Made by a program: the position numbers and the translations under genes
Origin: Lama guanicoe
Taxonomy: Eukaryota
Length of the DNA: 64,000 nucleotides
Assembly (NCBI GenBank): GCA_013239625.1
Contig: MU053652.1
Coordinates: 5,693,902 to 5,757,901, forward strand
Direction of reading: 5' to 3'
Notes under the pieces: model-generated
The model's input: only the letters and a program-made list of their open reading frames with translations
Database searches by the model: none
Told to the model about the DNA's origin: nothing
In this document: positions 63,236-64,000 of the stretch, piece after piece
How positions within the stretch are numbered: the first letter of the stretch is position 1
Layout: every line of letters begins with the position of its first letter

Positions 63236-63575
63236 ATGTCTCAGCTGGAAGGCATTTGGCTATAACAATGAGTTACACAAAGTCTTTTTCTCACGTCCAG
63301 TTTTCCCAGAGAAGGAGATTACTTGGTCTGGTTTGCTTGTTTTGCTGAAAAATGCTATTTTATCTTCAGTTTCACTGTTCCCACCAAATTGGCTTTTCAT
63401 TTTCACGTGATTTTGCTTCATGGTTCCAAAATGCACAGTGCGGGTCTAGCATCATACATTCAGGACAGGAAGAATGGGGAAGTGGCCGTGCCAGCCAGAA
63501 GTGTGTCACCTGGGTGTCACATGGGCATCCCTGGCTGCAAGAGAAGCAGGAAAAGTAAGCATCCGTGTTTCTAAC
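63236..63575 (-). mobile_element. Old MaLR LTR (MLT1J/K/L-like)
   Basis: 'ttgcttcatggttccaaaatg..gcatcatacattcaggacagga..gggtgtcacatgggcatccctggctgcaagagaagcaggaaa'. Confidence 0.65.
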
Positions 63576-64000
63576 CATGGAAAAAAGTGCCTCCTAGCCC
63601 CCAGTTCTATCTTATCCTTCCTCAGCGTGCCCTTGGAGTGGATACCATCGTGTGTATCTTGTCAGAGTGTGAGGATGGCAAGAAAGAGAGAAGGGAACCT
63701 GGACCCTGCTCTAGCTTACAGTTTAGTTGAGAGACAGAGAACAGGCATTATAGTAAAAAGGGTACAGGACAGCAAGATTGGAGGTGCAGATTTCATATTA
63801 TAATATTATCAAAATTATAAAAAGATAAGCTTGAATAACCATGCATTGTTAAGAGAATTTAAGCTGGTAACCAAGAAACTGAGTTGTTATAATTTATTAT
63901 TTTGTTAACTTCTAATGTAATAATGAGAGTACCCCCAAAAGATAACAAAAAGTAAAAATAAAAAACCCAAAATAAAACAGTATTAGTGATGAAAAGTGAA

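Noticed and set aside
1-64000. CRISPR arrays, operons or other prokaryotic-type systems
   Set aside because: The sequence is mammalian, and no regularly spaced repeat-spacer structure or long ORFs were seen.

Overview
AT-rich mammalian genomic DNA, almost certainly from a camelid (alpaca, llama or camel). The evidence is two tRNA-Ala-derived SINEs of the camelid vic-1 type (34302-34440, 42264-42370) and a young-looking L1 3' end. The window reads as one large intron or an intergenic tract. A large share is recognisable old eutherian or amniote repeat: MIR, L2, L3/CR1, L1M, ERVL/MaLR solo LTRs and hAT MITEs. There are also microsatellites and two N gaps. I could not identify any protein-coding exon, RNA gene or gene symbol; the supplied ORFs are short and mostly repeat-derived or chance. 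I found no convincing novel biological system. The best-supported unusual items are a 5'-inverted (twin-primed) L1 insertion with a 14-bp TSD, a ~2 kb CR1/L3 reverse-transcriptase fossil carrying two younger nested insertions, a CpG-rich patch, several CTCF-like motifs, a perfect 20-bp palindrome, and a speculative minus-strand spliced micro-ORF. Repeat subfamily names come from recalled consensus sequences rather than a search, and boundaries of old repeats are approximate (tens of bp).
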